Below, in pieces: positions 1-13,545 of a DNA stretch of 64,000 bases; the stretch's first letter is position 1; the number at the start of each line of letters is the position of its first letter. Origin of the DNA: the human T2T-CHM13v2.0 reference genome, Homo sapiens; the NCBI RefSeq assembly GCF_009914755.1, contig NC_060930.1; one strand, written 5' to 3'. A program made the position numbers and the translations under genes. The notes under the pieces were generated by a model, which saw only the letters and a program-made list of their open reading frames with translations, did no database searches and was not told where the DNA came from.

Positions 1-232
1 TTTAGTTATTTTGAAATATACAATAAATTATTTTGACTATAGTCATCCTGTTGTGAATATCAAATACTAGCTCTTATTTATTCTATCTAAATATATTTTT
101 GTAGCCATTAACCATCCCCGCTTCTCTCTCCCTCCACCGTCCTTCCCAGCCTCTGGTAACCATCATTCTACTCTCTATCTCAGTAAGTTCGTTTTAGTTT
201 TTAGCTCCCACAAATGAGTAAGAGTATGCATG
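1..232 (-). mobile_element. L1MA-type LINE-1 3' UTR fragment, runs off the window start
   Basis: Reverse complement of the L1MA 3' end (cccttcccagcctctggtaaccatcattctactctctatct...ttttagctcccacaaatgag). Same family of sequence as 24400-24770. Confidence 0.85.
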
Positions 233-261
233 CATGTATATTTTTACTTGCTACTTGTCCG

Positions 262-430
262 CTTATTTAACAAACTTTTTTAGAATCTTTTGTGTGCCTG
301 GAATAGTTCTGGATACTGAGAATAGAATAGAATGTTATAACAAAACAAAGACCATGTCCTATTGTCCCTCTGGTCTAGACAAAGAGACAGATAATATTCA
401 AAAAGTCATATACACTGTGTCAGTAACATG
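262..430 (-). mobile_element. L2 3' fragment
   Basis: tatttaacaaac...tgtgtgcctggaatagttctggatactgagaata resembles the reverse-complemented L2 3' end. Confidence 0.5.
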
Positions 431-1404
431 AAGTACAGAAAAGAGCACAAAGCCGTCCTTGACAGGTCTGGTCTGTTATTCAAGGCCCCCTTCAAATGTC
501 ACCTTCCTTAGGAGTTTCTTACCAATCGTTTACCCAGGATGTAAATTTTGTACCTTAATAAAAATGAAACTTCAGAAAACAAGGATTTTTGCCAGTTTGT
601 TTTCATATAAGCCAAATACCTTAATAACAGGACATAGAAAATACTTTATAAATATTAATCAAATAAACAACTTTGAAGCTCTTACTTCTTTGTTTTTACC
701 ATGTCTTGCAGCAGTTATATTATTGCTTTTCATATTCTATGTTTATTTGCATAATTATTTTTATCATCACTTCAGTCTAAAAACAGCAAAAAGTCAGGGA
801 TTTTACATAAGCGTAAATTACTTTACATAAGTACAATGTAGATTTTACTTTTTCTTCTATCCTTGCAATGCTTATTCCACTGTACACTACTCTCACTTAT
901 CAAACAGAATAAGCAACATACATTCAAAGACATCCTAATTAATATACATATTGCTTAAGTGCTAATGTTAGTCAAAAGTTGTCTCTAATTGACACTGGTC
1001 TCATTTTGCCACTTGGTAACATATTTTGCAGTGGCATTCCTTAATGGCCTCACTTGTTTATTATTTGTTTCTATAAAAAAAAAATTTGAGTTTTGAGTGA
1101 AATGGATCATGCGTATAATTTGCCTCTTTTTTTTTTAGTCTTTCTTGCATAGTGTCATATAAATCTGAAGGGCTTGGAAAAGAATTTTTAATTTTAATAA
1201 ACTCATCTGGTAGCAAAGCTGCATTGTTCTATTTAAACTTTTGTGGTATTAATTAATTTATTTACACATTTCTTACATGTATTTTATTAAGAAATAAAAG
1301 GATTTAGTTCCATGATGCAACTGGAAATTTGCAAAACCAAATATAATACTACTTAAAATGTGTATTATACATAGTATGCGTTTGACACTGTTATTCAGAA
1401 GGAT

Positions 1405-1590
1405 ATTAATTCATTTAATATTTTACAAAATCCACGGAGGTAGGTACTATTATTATTTGTATTTACGTAAGAAGAACCTGAAGCATCCAGAGTTTATATA
1501 AATTGTCCTAAGTTATACAGCTAGTAGGTAAGAGTTGGTACAATCAAATTCAGTAAGCCTAGGCCCAAATTCAGTGCCCTCAAGACTGTT
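1405..1590 (-). mobile_element. MIR SINE
   Basis: ggaggtaggtactattattat...gaacctgaagc...aattgtcctaagttatacagctagta is the reverse MIR core. Confidence 0.8.
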
Positions 1591-2424
1591 GCTCTACTGT
1601 TCCTCCTAGATATGTATGTGCCTATGAAATGAGTAAAAAGAAAGCGGATGACATTCGGAAAATAAAGAGAAGAGAGACTAATCTCAAATATGTTCCTACA
1701 AATATAAAACAATTTAATATATAGCTTTTTATGTAGGCAATCCCATAACTCCAAAAGTGAAGAATAATAAAATTATTGAGAAGGCCTAAAAATAGGAAAT
1801 TAGGGTGAAAGGAAAATAACTATTTATAATTTGATGCATACAGGTCTAGATTTTATCAAAACACAGTGATCAAAAGCAGTCTGGTGAGAATCTATTTCTG
1901 TTTTGGCTACATCCTCCTTTTCTCATATTTTGTTCCACTTGAAATACCTATTATTTTATATATTTGAGATGCATTGTCATAGTAAGAGTAGCTTAAAAGC
2001 TGTCTTCAAATAGAGTTATTGTGTTCTCTGAAGGCCAGTATTCCTATTGTTTAGCACCTTTTCTTATTAGAATTCAAAAGCTACCATTCAAGGTCCACCT
2101 GATATCTATTTGAATCACCAAATCTCACATAGCAAAGGACTATAGCTCAACATTCAGATTTTTAAAAATCTTTCATGTAAAGCTTCAGTTTTAAAGCCTT
2201 TTACTATAGCTTCAGAAACTCTGTAGTGATCTTAAGAAATAGAAATCGTCATTCAAAAATTTTATGAGCCACTTCATTTTAGATTCGGGATTCAATGATT
2301 CTCTAGTCATGAATGTTAGTGGCAATTTCCAAAGGCTTTGCTGCAATTCAGTTAAGAATCTTTGGAAGAATATTTTCCTTTTACATCCTACAAGCTAGAG
2401 ATTAATTTCCAAGCTAAAGAATGT

Positions 2425-2800
2425 GTCATTTCACTTCTAGGAATGTAGATGGCAGAAATAAACATAAAGCACAAGAAGTTTCAAGCACAAAGATGATTGC
2501 TACTTTCAAATAATTCACAGCAGCAGAAGACATCTACACAGGAAAGGAAGGAAAATTTTGTACATTCACACTGTGGAATATTATGTAGCCACTAAAAGAT
2601 GCTTGGTAAAGGTACTAATAATGTTAATTGAAAGGTTTAGAACAAAGAAATTCTATAGTCAGTAGGATCATGATATTTAAAAAATTGGGCATAGGAAAAA
2701 ATAAAACAAGGCTAGTAGGAACACTTGTCATACTTTTCTGTACATTTGCTATTTTTATATTTTGAATGAGAAAACAATGCTTTTATGATAGAAAAATTGA
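2425..2800 (+). mobile_element. Ancient L1ME 3' fragment
   Basis: tttcacttctaggaat...tgtacattcacactgtggaatattatgtagccactaaaa matches a degenerate L1 3' region. Confidence 0.5.
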
Positions 2801-3884
2801 ATTTACTTAAAAAAATGTAAAAATGTTACAACAAGGTTTCCCATCATATGTTTTGGGAACTGACAGACTAGATGGTAAGTAGATACATAGATAGATACAT
2901 ATATTGATTGATCAATAACTAAATAGATACTAATATTCTATTATTTATTATAACAATGTAAATGCTTACTAAGGTAATGCAGAAGATAATATGTTTTATT
3001 TCCTTCATGTTTCAGACATAAAACATGATAAATACGAATGATATTTTTCTGTCATGGATGTTTTTTCCATTTGCTCATGGAAAGATGTCTTAGAACTGTT
3101 CTATTTTGGTTAATAATCAAGTCAGTGACTAACAATCTTGATGCAAAATGACTCATGCATGATATACTCTGTTAGATGGTGCTAGTAGATGGTTCAAAAG
3201 ATACTTAGAATATGGGGGTCATGTTATAAAATAATAAATGAAGTTCAATAGCTTTATTAAGCTAAATAATCATTGCTTCTTGCATAAAAATTCTTCCTTC
3301 AAGTTAAAAGTGTCATCGGTGAATATCTATAAACTTTGTCTGGTTTGTATAAAAATGTCATAGTAATTATCTCATTGTTGAATAATAATTTAGTTAAGTA
3401 TTCCATTCCGTTATTTTTTCTGAGAACTTCAGTTTTTATTTATTCTTCAACAATTTTTAACATTGCCCTGGTATGCTGAAGATTTACTGCTACGTGCATC
3501 GCTGTGGAATTCTTCATATTTGTCTCACTTGTGCTTACTCTTGTCTGGTTAGTGATTCCTGAATCTGAGGCATGTCCTTCATCAATTCTGGGAAATTTTA
3601 TCTATTTTCACTTTGAATATGTCCCAGGTGCATTGTATCTATTTTATGACCATGAAACTTATATTAGATCTAGATGAGACTTATTCTATTTGCCATGTCT
3701 CCTAAACTTTTATTTCTATTTCTATTTCTTTATATCTCTGTGAAGAGTTTTGATTTAGTTTTGTCTTTTAGGTCAGTACTCTTCATGTCAGATCTAATCC
3801 ACTGTTTTTACCATCAATTGCATTTTAAATTATAATGATTATGTTTCACTTTCTATAAAATATTACAGTTATCTTTACTAAGGT

Positions 3885-4160
3885 ATAATTTACATAAATA
3901 TATAATGTATTTAGATATATTTACATATAAATACATACATATTTACATAAAATTAATTTCAGTGACTTCAAGGGTACAATTCATCAGATATTTATATATT
4001 TCCTATACATATAATATATATTATACATATTTCATGATTATACATATAATATAGCACAATATGCAATATATGTAATACATATGTATAATCATGCAATATT
4101 ATATATCATAATATATAATATATTATATATGTGTTATATATTATAAATATATATGTGTAA
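3885..4160. repeat. (TA)-rich low-complexity / degenerate simple repeat
   Basis: Nearly pure A/T with repeated atatat, tacata and ataata units. Confidence 0.85.
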
Positions 4161-4354
4161 TCATGCAACCACCACCACAGTCATTGAAAATATTTGTATC
4201 TGTTCTTCTGGGAATTTTTCCCCCTAATCTTCTGTCTCATCTTTTTTTATAGTATCTTGTTGCTTTCACATATTTACATTTATTTTATGTATTCTATCAT
4301 TTAAAAATATTTATGTTATAATGTGCATCCAGTAAATCTATAATCTGAACCTCC

Positions 4355-4649
4355 TTTTTCTTTTTGAGACAGAGTATCACTCTGTCGCCCAAGCTGGAGT
4401 GCAGTGGCGCGATCTCCCTCACGGCAACCTCCGCCTCCCGGGTTCAAAGAAATTCTCCTGTGTCAGCCTCAGGAGTAGCTGGGACTTCAGGTGCATGCCA
4501 CCACATCCGGCTAATTTTCTTTTTGTATTTTTAGTAGAGACGGGGTTTCACCATGGTTAGGCTGGCTTCGAATTCCTGACGTCAGGTGATCAACCCGCCT
4601 CTGCCTCCTGAAGTGCTGAGATTACAGACTTGAGCCACTGTGCCCCGCC
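4355..4649 (-). mobile_element. AluS (Sx-like), full length
   Basis: Complete dimeric Alu in reverse. Target-site duplication (TSD) aatctgaacctc (4342) / aatctgagcctc (4650). Confidence 0.95.
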
Positions 4650-5033
4650 AATCTGAGCCTCTTATGGTCTACTTATGCTTTAATTTTTTTTTCGTAAATT
4701 AATCTCATGGTTGCTTCTCTCCTTGAATGTTTTGTACATATGTACTGTGTCTGCATATTTTTGCACATTTTCATCTGTGACAATTCTGTATGGCCTTTAT
4801 TGTAGGTATGTCCTTCAAGAGAAGATTGGCATTTGCTTTTGCTAGATAACTCACAGGTACCCAAGAACACTTAAAAGTTTGTATTATGTAATGTTTCACA
4901 CATAAACAGAATTTTCATTTATCTATATAAGGGAATGCATACATATATGCATATGTGTCATGTGTAAGTAAAACAATAAAATAAATGCCTCTTCGATACC
5001 GACAGATTAAGAAACAGAACTTTAGATGAACAC

Positions 5034-5420
5034 TGATATGGTTAGGCTTCGTGTCCCCACCCAGATCTCATATTGAATTGTAATCCCTATAATCCCCATA
5101 ATCCCTATGTGTCAAGGGAGAGACCAGGTGGAGGTAGTTGAATCATGGGGGTGGTTTCCCCCATGCTGTTCTCATGATAGTGAGTGAGTTCTCACGAGAT
5201 CTGATGGTTTTATATGGGGCTCTTTCCCCTTCACTGGGCACTTCTTCCTCCTGCTGCCTTGTGAAGAAAGTGCCTTGCTACCCCTTTGCTTTCCGCAATG
5301 ATTGTAAGTTTTCTGAGGCCTCCTTAGCCATGCGGAACTGTGAATCAATTAAACCTTTTTCCTTTATAAATTACCCAGACTCAGCAGCTCTCTACAGCAG
5401 TGTGAGAATGGACAAATACA
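5034..5420 (+). mobile_element. THE1 (THE1D/C-like) solo LTR, ERVL-MaLR
   Basis: Starts tgatatggttaggc, ends gagaatggacaaataca. Has the attaaa poly(A) signal and typical THE1 body. Confidence 0.92.
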
Positions 5421-5539
5421 ACCGCTTTTTACAATAACTTCTTAGGACCTAACTATCCACTCTGGTGTTCAGTTTCCTCCCCATTTTTTTTTTTTGTACC
5501 TGAAAATATTTCTTTTGAATAAATCATGCATTTCTTTAT

Positions 5540-7110
5540 ATATTCAGCAGATATATTTTGAATACTGACTAGGTGTCAGACATGATTCTAAGTGCTAGGA
5601 ACACAAAAGTGAGCGAAACAGACAAAACCTCCTGCTCTTAGAAAGTCTCCATTTTAGTAGGGGCAAGATAACAATTAAAAGGAATAAGTAATGCATTTAG
5701 TATACCAAATGGGAATCAATGCTACAGGGGAATAAATAAGGAAAAGAGTATAGAGAGTGTCGGTATGGGCAGAAAGTACACCTTGAAATGGGAATTCGAG
5801 GAAGGCTTCACTGAGAAGAAAGAATTGAAGAAGGTGACCAGTGAAGTTGTGTGGAAGCTGGGAACAGTAAAAACAAATGCCCTGAAGTGTTAGGGTATAG
5901 ATAAATAAAAGCAAGGGAGTCTGCTTGGCTGGAGCAGAGTGATCATGGTGAGAGGAGCTCAGAGCTATAACAAGGGTGTACTATGTAGGCACTGGAAGAA
6001 ATTTGGCTTTTACTCCAAGTGGAACTGGAAGCCTTTGGAATGCTTCCAGAATAGAAGTGATGTCATCTGACTTATGTTTTAAATAGATCAATCTGGATGT
6101 TGTGTTGAGATAGACTGGAATTGGTCAAAGATAAAGCAGGGACACCCCAGGAGGCTATTATAGCAACCTAGATGACAAAGGGTAGTGGTTTTCATCAGAA
6201 CAATAGCAGTGGAAGTGACAGGAAGTGGTCAGGTCAGATTCTGGAAGTATTTTTAAGGTAAAGAATACAGGACTTGTTAATGGATTGTATGTGGGTGTGA
6301 AATAGAAGAGTCAAGAATGACTACATTGTTTTGGCCTGAACAACTGCAAGGATAGATTTAATATGAACTGAGAGAGACTAGGATGGCCAGAACTTGGAGA
6401 GGTCAGTTTTGAGATGTCAGTTTGGAGATGCCTATTAAACATCCTAGTGTAGGTTTCAAACAGAAAGGTAGTTCCAAGGGAGGGCAGGACTGGAGATATA
6501 AATTTGAGTGGCATAAGCGTATTGATTTTATTTTAAGAGTTGACACCTGACAAGCTCCCCAAAGTAGTGAGTAAGAATATAAAAGAGATAAATTGTAGGG
6601 ATTGAGTCCTAGGGAGCTCTATATTGCGAGATTTGGGAGATGACAGAAAGCCAGAAAGGCAGATTGATATTGAACAGCCCTTTAATTAGGAGAACAACAT
6701 GTTAAGTGTGGTGTCCTGGAAGTTATGAAAATTATGGAGTGATCAAGTGCCCTAAGTGGTACTGATAGTATCAATTAAGATGAAGACTGTAATTTGACTG
6801 CAAAAAGGGCAGGAAAGGCTCAATGGAGTAGGTTCAGGAGATAATGGGAAGAAAGGAAGTGATTTTTTAAAAAAATAATAATAATAAATGAGCAATGGGG
6901 CCATCGGTAGGTAGGGGAGCAGCGATAAAAGAGATTTTTTTTTTCAGATGGTAAACATAACAGCAGTTTGTAGAGGGAAAAATCTGAAGAGAGAGAAAAA
7001 CTGATAATATGGGAGAGAGAAAAGAGAACTGCTGGGATTTTGCTCCGGAATAGATGAGAAAGGATGAGATCTAATGTGTTATAAGTGGAGGAGCTAGTCT
7101 TTGTTAAGTG
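5540..7110 (-). mobile_element. L2 (L2a-like) ~1.5 kb fragment
   Basis: Begins with the reversed L2 3' end (attcagcagatatattttgaatactgactaggtgtcagacatgattctaagtgct). Continues with purine-rich L2 motifs (gaaggcttcactgagaag, tttggcttttactccaag, agagtcaagaatgact). Confidence 0.85.
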
Positions 7111-7277
7111 CCAAGAGAGCTTAGGATTTAAAAGGATGTTTATCTTCAGGGTTTTTTTTGGGGGGGAGGGGGTTCTATAGTTGTGGTTTGGGCTTTTAGG
7201 GGTATGATGTCTACAAGATGGTCAGAAGTGGCTATTTTCACAAATGTAGTGCATCATCTTTGTTAGTGTAGCCCAAA

Positions 7278-7600
7278 AGGCCTGCATAATCTAGCCCCTT
7301 TCTCTATGGCTGAGCCACAGTGGCCTTTCAGTTACTGAAAGTCCACTCCTACTCATCACAGGGCCTTTGCACATGCTCTTACACTCGTGTCCAATGGAAC
7401 TTACCCCATGGTTTCCTTCAGGCCTTCATAGCACTTCTCACAGATCCAAGTTTCCCTTTATTTTGAGTTCATCTGATTAGGATCCATCTTTACCATTAGG
7501 ACTTAATCTCTTAGGGCTGGAACCAAGTCACTTAAAAATGCACAAAACGCACATAGTATACACTGAGTAGCTACGTGACATTCACTGTTTTATGAATTGA
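7278..7600 (+). mobile_element. L2 fragment
   Basis: aggcctgcataatctagccc...cagggcctttgcacatgct are L2 3'-region motifs. Confidence 0.6.
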
Positions 7601-8588
7601 TAAGCCTATTATGAACTAAAAACATTTTTCAGTGTATTTAACTTAGAGTTATGTGGTACAAAGTAAATAATACAGGTGCCTTTTTTTTTTCCTCAATTTG
7701 GCTGCCTAAGTGCAATACATTAAGAAGGTTATTGCCATAATTTTACTGTGCTGGCTGGATAACATATTTTAGTAAGTAGAATGTAATCTCAATATGCCAG
7801 TAAGTAGTTTTGCCTCTGAAGAAGATGTTCTAGCACATTTTCCAAAAAGGACAAAATGTGTTCATACAGAAAATGTTATTTAGACATTCAAAACTAAGCT
7901 TCAATTTGGGAACCTTTAATGGTGATTCTATAGCTTTGAGAGAGCACTACCTCAAATATTTATAATATTTACTCACCAAAATAAAATGTTCACTGGTCTC
8001 TAAAAGTGTTTAGGGTAGTGTGTTGAGGCTGATGATTAAGGTTGGTCAGGGATGTGGGAGAAGAGGTTGGATATCAAAATTAAAAAACAAATTGAACTGG
8101 AAACTCCATGTACATACAAATATACATATAAACAAAGAAAATAGTAAAACAATGTGGCTGACTAATATTTTCTTGACACTTAGAAGCCAGGAGACTTTCA
8201 ACACTAATTAAAACCTAGGAACATAAGCTACTCAATCAAATTAGGAATTAAATTAAATGTATGATTTGGTTCTGATTCTTGCTACCTGGGTGATTATCAA
8301 AAGGGTTTTAAATCATATAGACCTTAATTCCATAACCACGGGATAGAGTCTGTAGTATTCTTTTACATATGCCCACTGTATGACTGGAGTTTATGAGACA
8401 GAAATATAAAATAGCATATTAATTTTCACAGAAGGAAATTAGCTATTATCTTATAATTTTTAAAATTTTCCATCAGTTAAATATGCTGCCTTGAGTCTCA
8501 TAATATCCTGTTAGCTAATGATTCAAGTATCCCATATCTCAGAGAAAACAAATCAGGTTGTTTTTTTTTTAATAGCTGTTTAAGTAAC

Positions 8589-8906
<318 letters not shown>

Positions 8907-10469
8907 TAACTTATAAATAACTGTTGTGTTATTAGATCATTGCTGTAGAACCAAAGCAAAATTAAGTCCTAACAGTTTTTAGCATCAAATAAGTGGAGAA
9001 TTTTCTGATACAAAGTCAAGAAAATGAAGGAATTAAGGTGGCATGAAGGGTTACATAAAACTACTTAGATTCCTAATGCAATACTTTGAATTATTAAATA
9101 TATTTTTAACAAAACCATATTATTACTCAAGGTCCTGATTTTTATAAATGTAAAACAAAAAATTTACAAATACATTTAGAAATTTCAGGTAATTATTTTT
9201 CTTTGGATCTGCTTTTGAATTGAAGCATAATTAAAACTGTTTGCTTAAAAATCAAATTATTCAGGTTATTGATTTTTCCACATTTATCTAAAATGACTAT
9301 CATGTAACAGGAGTTCTATTTTCACTTTGATTATAATAGAAAATGCTCTAAATGGAATTTACTATTATTAGAAGAGGAAATAAAATAATCTCATATAAGA
9401 TAGAACATAATGATAAAAATGAGTGTTTGAAATAGATAGCTGTATCTGCTATTCAGACATACCAAGTATACTAAATTATCAGTGAGTAGAAATATACTTT
9501 GTTTAAGGGAGGCAATAAACAGCTAAGATTTTACAATCAAAACAGATGTAAAAAGCACCATCCAAGTTTTCACTTTCAAAAAAATAGTGGTAGCTGAGGC
9601 TTATTTTAAGAAAAGTCTTGATTTCTTATGAATCATAAGTATTTCCATAATCAGGGACTGTTAACGGTCTCCATTAGCAAGTATTATTTTTGACATTTTC
9701 AGATCTCTGATGGTATCAGATCTGGAAATATCTTGCCTTTTACTGTCACATGGACAATAAAATGCTAGATCAAGGGGAAGAAAAGAAGAAAATTTCAAAG
9801 TAAGCAAAGTTTCATATTCAGAAATGGAATTTATAATGTGAACCACCTTTTTCTGTAACCAAGATCTCTCAATTCCAACAAATTCACTGTCCAAAAGCAA
9901 TATATAGAACTTGGAATTTCTGTCCTAGTTCTTTCTTCTATATATTATTTGCATTCAGACGTTTGGCAATAATGTTTTTTAGTTTAAATTAAAATAACTA
10001 GTATATTACTATTTGGAAAAGTAAATTCCTTTTCTGAACTTTTCTTAATTTCACTGGCATTTTTTATTGTAACTGGCCAGAAATGATATATTTTAAAATA
10101 CCATGAAACTGAAAATGTCAGGAATTGATTATCCAGCAGAAGAAGTCAAGGTTATGAGAGAGGAAACTAAGTTGATATAAAATTAGTAATGAAAATATGG
10201 GCTTTTACTACTTGATTATATTCATTTTATCCATCTGTACAAAGGCATGGAAGATGAAAGATCGTAGTGAGCCGAGGGTGGTAATCTTTACTCTGGAGCA
10301 TGGGTCAGGGAGTGGGGAGGGAAATAAGGGACAGTGCTAAAATCATGGTCTGCCACCTAATTTCGAAGTTTTGGGAAAACCCCACCTGCCACACACACTG
10401 TACTAAAGAATTTGGAAGTCATCAAAACATGTATGGCAGAACAACTTAAAAAAAAAAAAAAAGAGAATG

Positions 10470-11290
10470 CTGAAAACAAATGGGTATAACGTGATCTAAC
10501 CTACATTTAATGCTGAATTTTAATAACATTATAGAAGGTGAATTGAGAAAGGAATCCTGGAAATACAGACAAAGTGGGAAACTCCTGCAATAATCTGTGT
10601 GAAAGATGACAAAGTGCTGCATTACGGTAGGGAAAGGAATACAAGAAGGGGCACATTTGACAAAGCTATAGAGACACAATAAAAAACGTGGTGATGAACT
10701 AGATATGAGTACAAAAGACAGAAAAGAAGTCAAAGAAGAGCCCAAGGCTACTCACTTAGGCGGCGGGAAAATGGTGAATGCAAAGGTGGAGAAGATTAAA
10801 AAAAAAAAAAAAAAAAAAGCTGATTTTACTGGTTTTGGACATGCTGAATTTGAAGTATTCCAGATTTTTATGGACTTTTTAGGTGGAAAAGTCTTTCAGC
10901 AGTTGAGAAAAGGAGTGTAGAGCTTAAAAGAGAAGACTGAGTTGTATTTATCAGATTTCTCAGAACAGTTGTTTTCTCCCTATGAGATATAGAAGTCTGT
11001 TTGGTTGGGGTTTCACAGTCATTCAACTTAGCTAGTTTTGAGCACGGGGTAGTGAATGAGAACTCTGAGAGAGAGCTTGTGGGTGAGGAAACAAGATGAT
11101 CGAGTGTGGAACCTTAGGAAACTCATCATCTGAGGTTGCCAGGAGAGGTAGTAAGAAAACCAGAATGGAGTGGACACCTGGAAGTCAACGTGGAAATAGT
11201 TTTAAGAAGGAAATAGTCAAAAGGATTAGATTCTCCAGAAAGTCAAATGAAATGAGAAATAAGTTGTGCCCCCAAAGTTTGGGAACATAG
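10470..11290 (-). mobile_element. L2 fragment
   Basis: gaagtcaaagaagagcccaagg, tttggacatgctgaatttgaagt and gaagtcaaatgaaatgaga are L2 motifs. Confidence 0.7.
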
Positions 11291-12114
11291 TTATATCTTG
11301 AATTACATCCTCTGCCTTAAATAGCATTTTCATCCTTCCTTCATTAGAGTGGCAAAATCTGTTTCAGATCACTCCTAAATTTGTAGTTTCATAATATGTA
11401 ACTCTTTTGACTCACACGACAATGATCCGAGCCCAAATGGACATGCAGACTTAATGATGGCATTGTTAATAGCATCGTGTGTTATCACTAAGTATCAACT
11501 TAACAGCTACCTTTTCTTTTAAGTTCCAACATTAGGAGTTTAAATAAGACTACTTCATTTTAATTACTTGTACATATTTTAAAGCATACATTCTGAATTG
11601 AACTTTGTATCCAAAGCGTGAATAATCTAGTAGGATTAGACAAAATTAATATAAAACTCTTAAGATTGTTGACATAAACATACTTGTGTAGAAAGACATT
11701 CAGAAAGTATTATTAAATAATATTAAGATGTTTAAATCTAACACAATTCTTAAAAATAAATGTGCTTCTATAAACCTGAGAAAGGTATAATGTTGATTTG
11801 TCTCTGTTTATTTAAAAAGTATGTCATAGTCTTAGTAAAGACACTTATCATTTTTTTCTTTGCTTCATAATTATTTGACTACTCATTTCACCTCCTCGAC
11901 TAGACTCTTAATTTCCATAGTAAGAGGGTTCATGCTCATTTCTGAGTTTCCCACATTAATTTGCCTCTAGACCCAAAGTCTAAAATTAAAGATATAGTGA
12001 AATATTTTCCCAGTAAATCATATCAACAAAGATGATACGTTACTGCCTTAATTATAACAGCATGCATTTTCATTTTTCAATGTATCTTTTTTATCTAATT
12101 TTTTCATTGCATCA

Positions 12115-12335
12115 TTGTTATTAGATTGGTTGGAGTATGATACTAGAAAGATCAATTAAGGGTTCAAATTCTATGTGGGACTTTTACTTGTCTTTCTCAT
12201 GGCCACAAATTCACTCTCCACTTTGGCCATATTTGCAGCTGTGCAATATTGGTTAAAAATAAAAGAGAGTGGGTGGACAGAAGTAGAAATATTATATGAA
12301 TTCATTTATATCTCTGGAAAATAAGTTTGGAGAAC
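12115..12335 (+). mobile_element. Ancient tRNA-derived SINE, MamSINE1-like
   Basis: Degenerate tRNA head (attggttggagtatgatacta...gggttcaaattc), then catggccaca and ctggaaaa, as in the recalled MamSINE1 consensus. Confidence 0.5.
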
Positions 12336-13461
12336 ACTATCTGTTCTGTCTGAATCAGAAGCATGCTTGTTCTAAAGGAACAGCACAACATTTACTTCTG
12401 CCTGCCTGGAAATCTGAAATTTCTGTTGATGATCCTCCCATTTTGACATGTTAGCATCTGCCCACTGTGTACTTTTCTGTGTGCTATTACCAGCAGTGTG
12501 CTCAGAAATATGATCAGCCCATTTAAGACAAGGTTGTTGCAGGAAGACTTTTTAAAAGACCTGTTCCTTTCAAAGGTTCATGATTTTAAACCAAAATAAC
12601 CACATCCATTCTTTATAGGAAAGATCATATGTATACAATTGACAATGTCAAGATACCTTAATGTTTCTTGATTTCATTTCATACATGTAACTGTTCATGG
12701 TGAATTATTTTAATAAAGTTATTTTTAAATAATACAGATTATTTCATCCAAGATAGAACAAGCATTTTTTATTAAAAAGAATCTTAATGTATTATATATA
12801 AAATAAGATAGAAAAAATTATGTGACTAGGAGAGAAGATATTACAAATATTATAGTTCTTTAATGTTATACTATTCTTGGTAATATAAAAGCTTTTTGGT
12901 ATCAGAGCAACACAATATATCGAGTCCTTCAGTTTGTGGCTTTGGTCAAGTTTAAAATTTGAAAATCGAATCATTGAACTAAAATGTTATTACACTGTTC
13001 ATATTATCAAGCAGTTAAAAAGAAAATCAATTTCCTTATTGTTTTAACTGGATAAGTATTCTTATATTAAAGAATGAAGTATTTGAACTTAGAATCTTCA
13101 TTATCTTCTTGTTTTACTGAGATCAGTAAACCAATTAGCTACATATAATTTAACATACTAAAACAATAAAATTCATTAATATTTTGCAAATTTGTTTAAA
13201 ATAGAAAAAAGTTGCTATTTTCTTAACAATCACCACTAAGGGCAATTCATAACTTACACATCATTTAACCCTATATTACAGGCAAAACATTCATAATGAT
13301 TACATCCAAAAATAATCCAAACAAATATATTTTTCTGGAATTAGAAAAGATAAAATGATGGAGATTAAAATGTCAATTTGTTTGCTGTGATAATCAAGTT
13401 AAGAGGAAAATATTTTCCTTTGTTATAAAGTGTAAACTCTATACAGGAAGGTTTTTTTTTT

Positions 13462-13545
13462 TCCTTTGCTCTCTGCAGTGTCCTCAGCACCAAGCACAGT
13501 GCTTACATATGTGAGTAATTTATAAAAATTTTTAAATGAATGAAA
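13462..13545 (+). mobile_element. L2 3' terminus
   Basis: cagcaccaagcacagtgcttacatatg...aaatgaatgaa. Confidence 0.7.

Larger units (their letters stand above)
3400..4870 (-). mobile_element. Ancient L1M/L1ME 5'-ORF1 region (or HAL1-like), interrupted by an AT-rich repeat and an Alu
   Basis: ccttcatcaattctgggaaatttt...tttgaatat and gagaagattggcatttgcttttgctag are typical of reversed old L1 ORF1/5' sequence. Confidence 0.5.

Noticed and set aside
12115-12190. tRNA gene
   Set aside because: Too degenerate for a cloverleaf. It is a SINE head.
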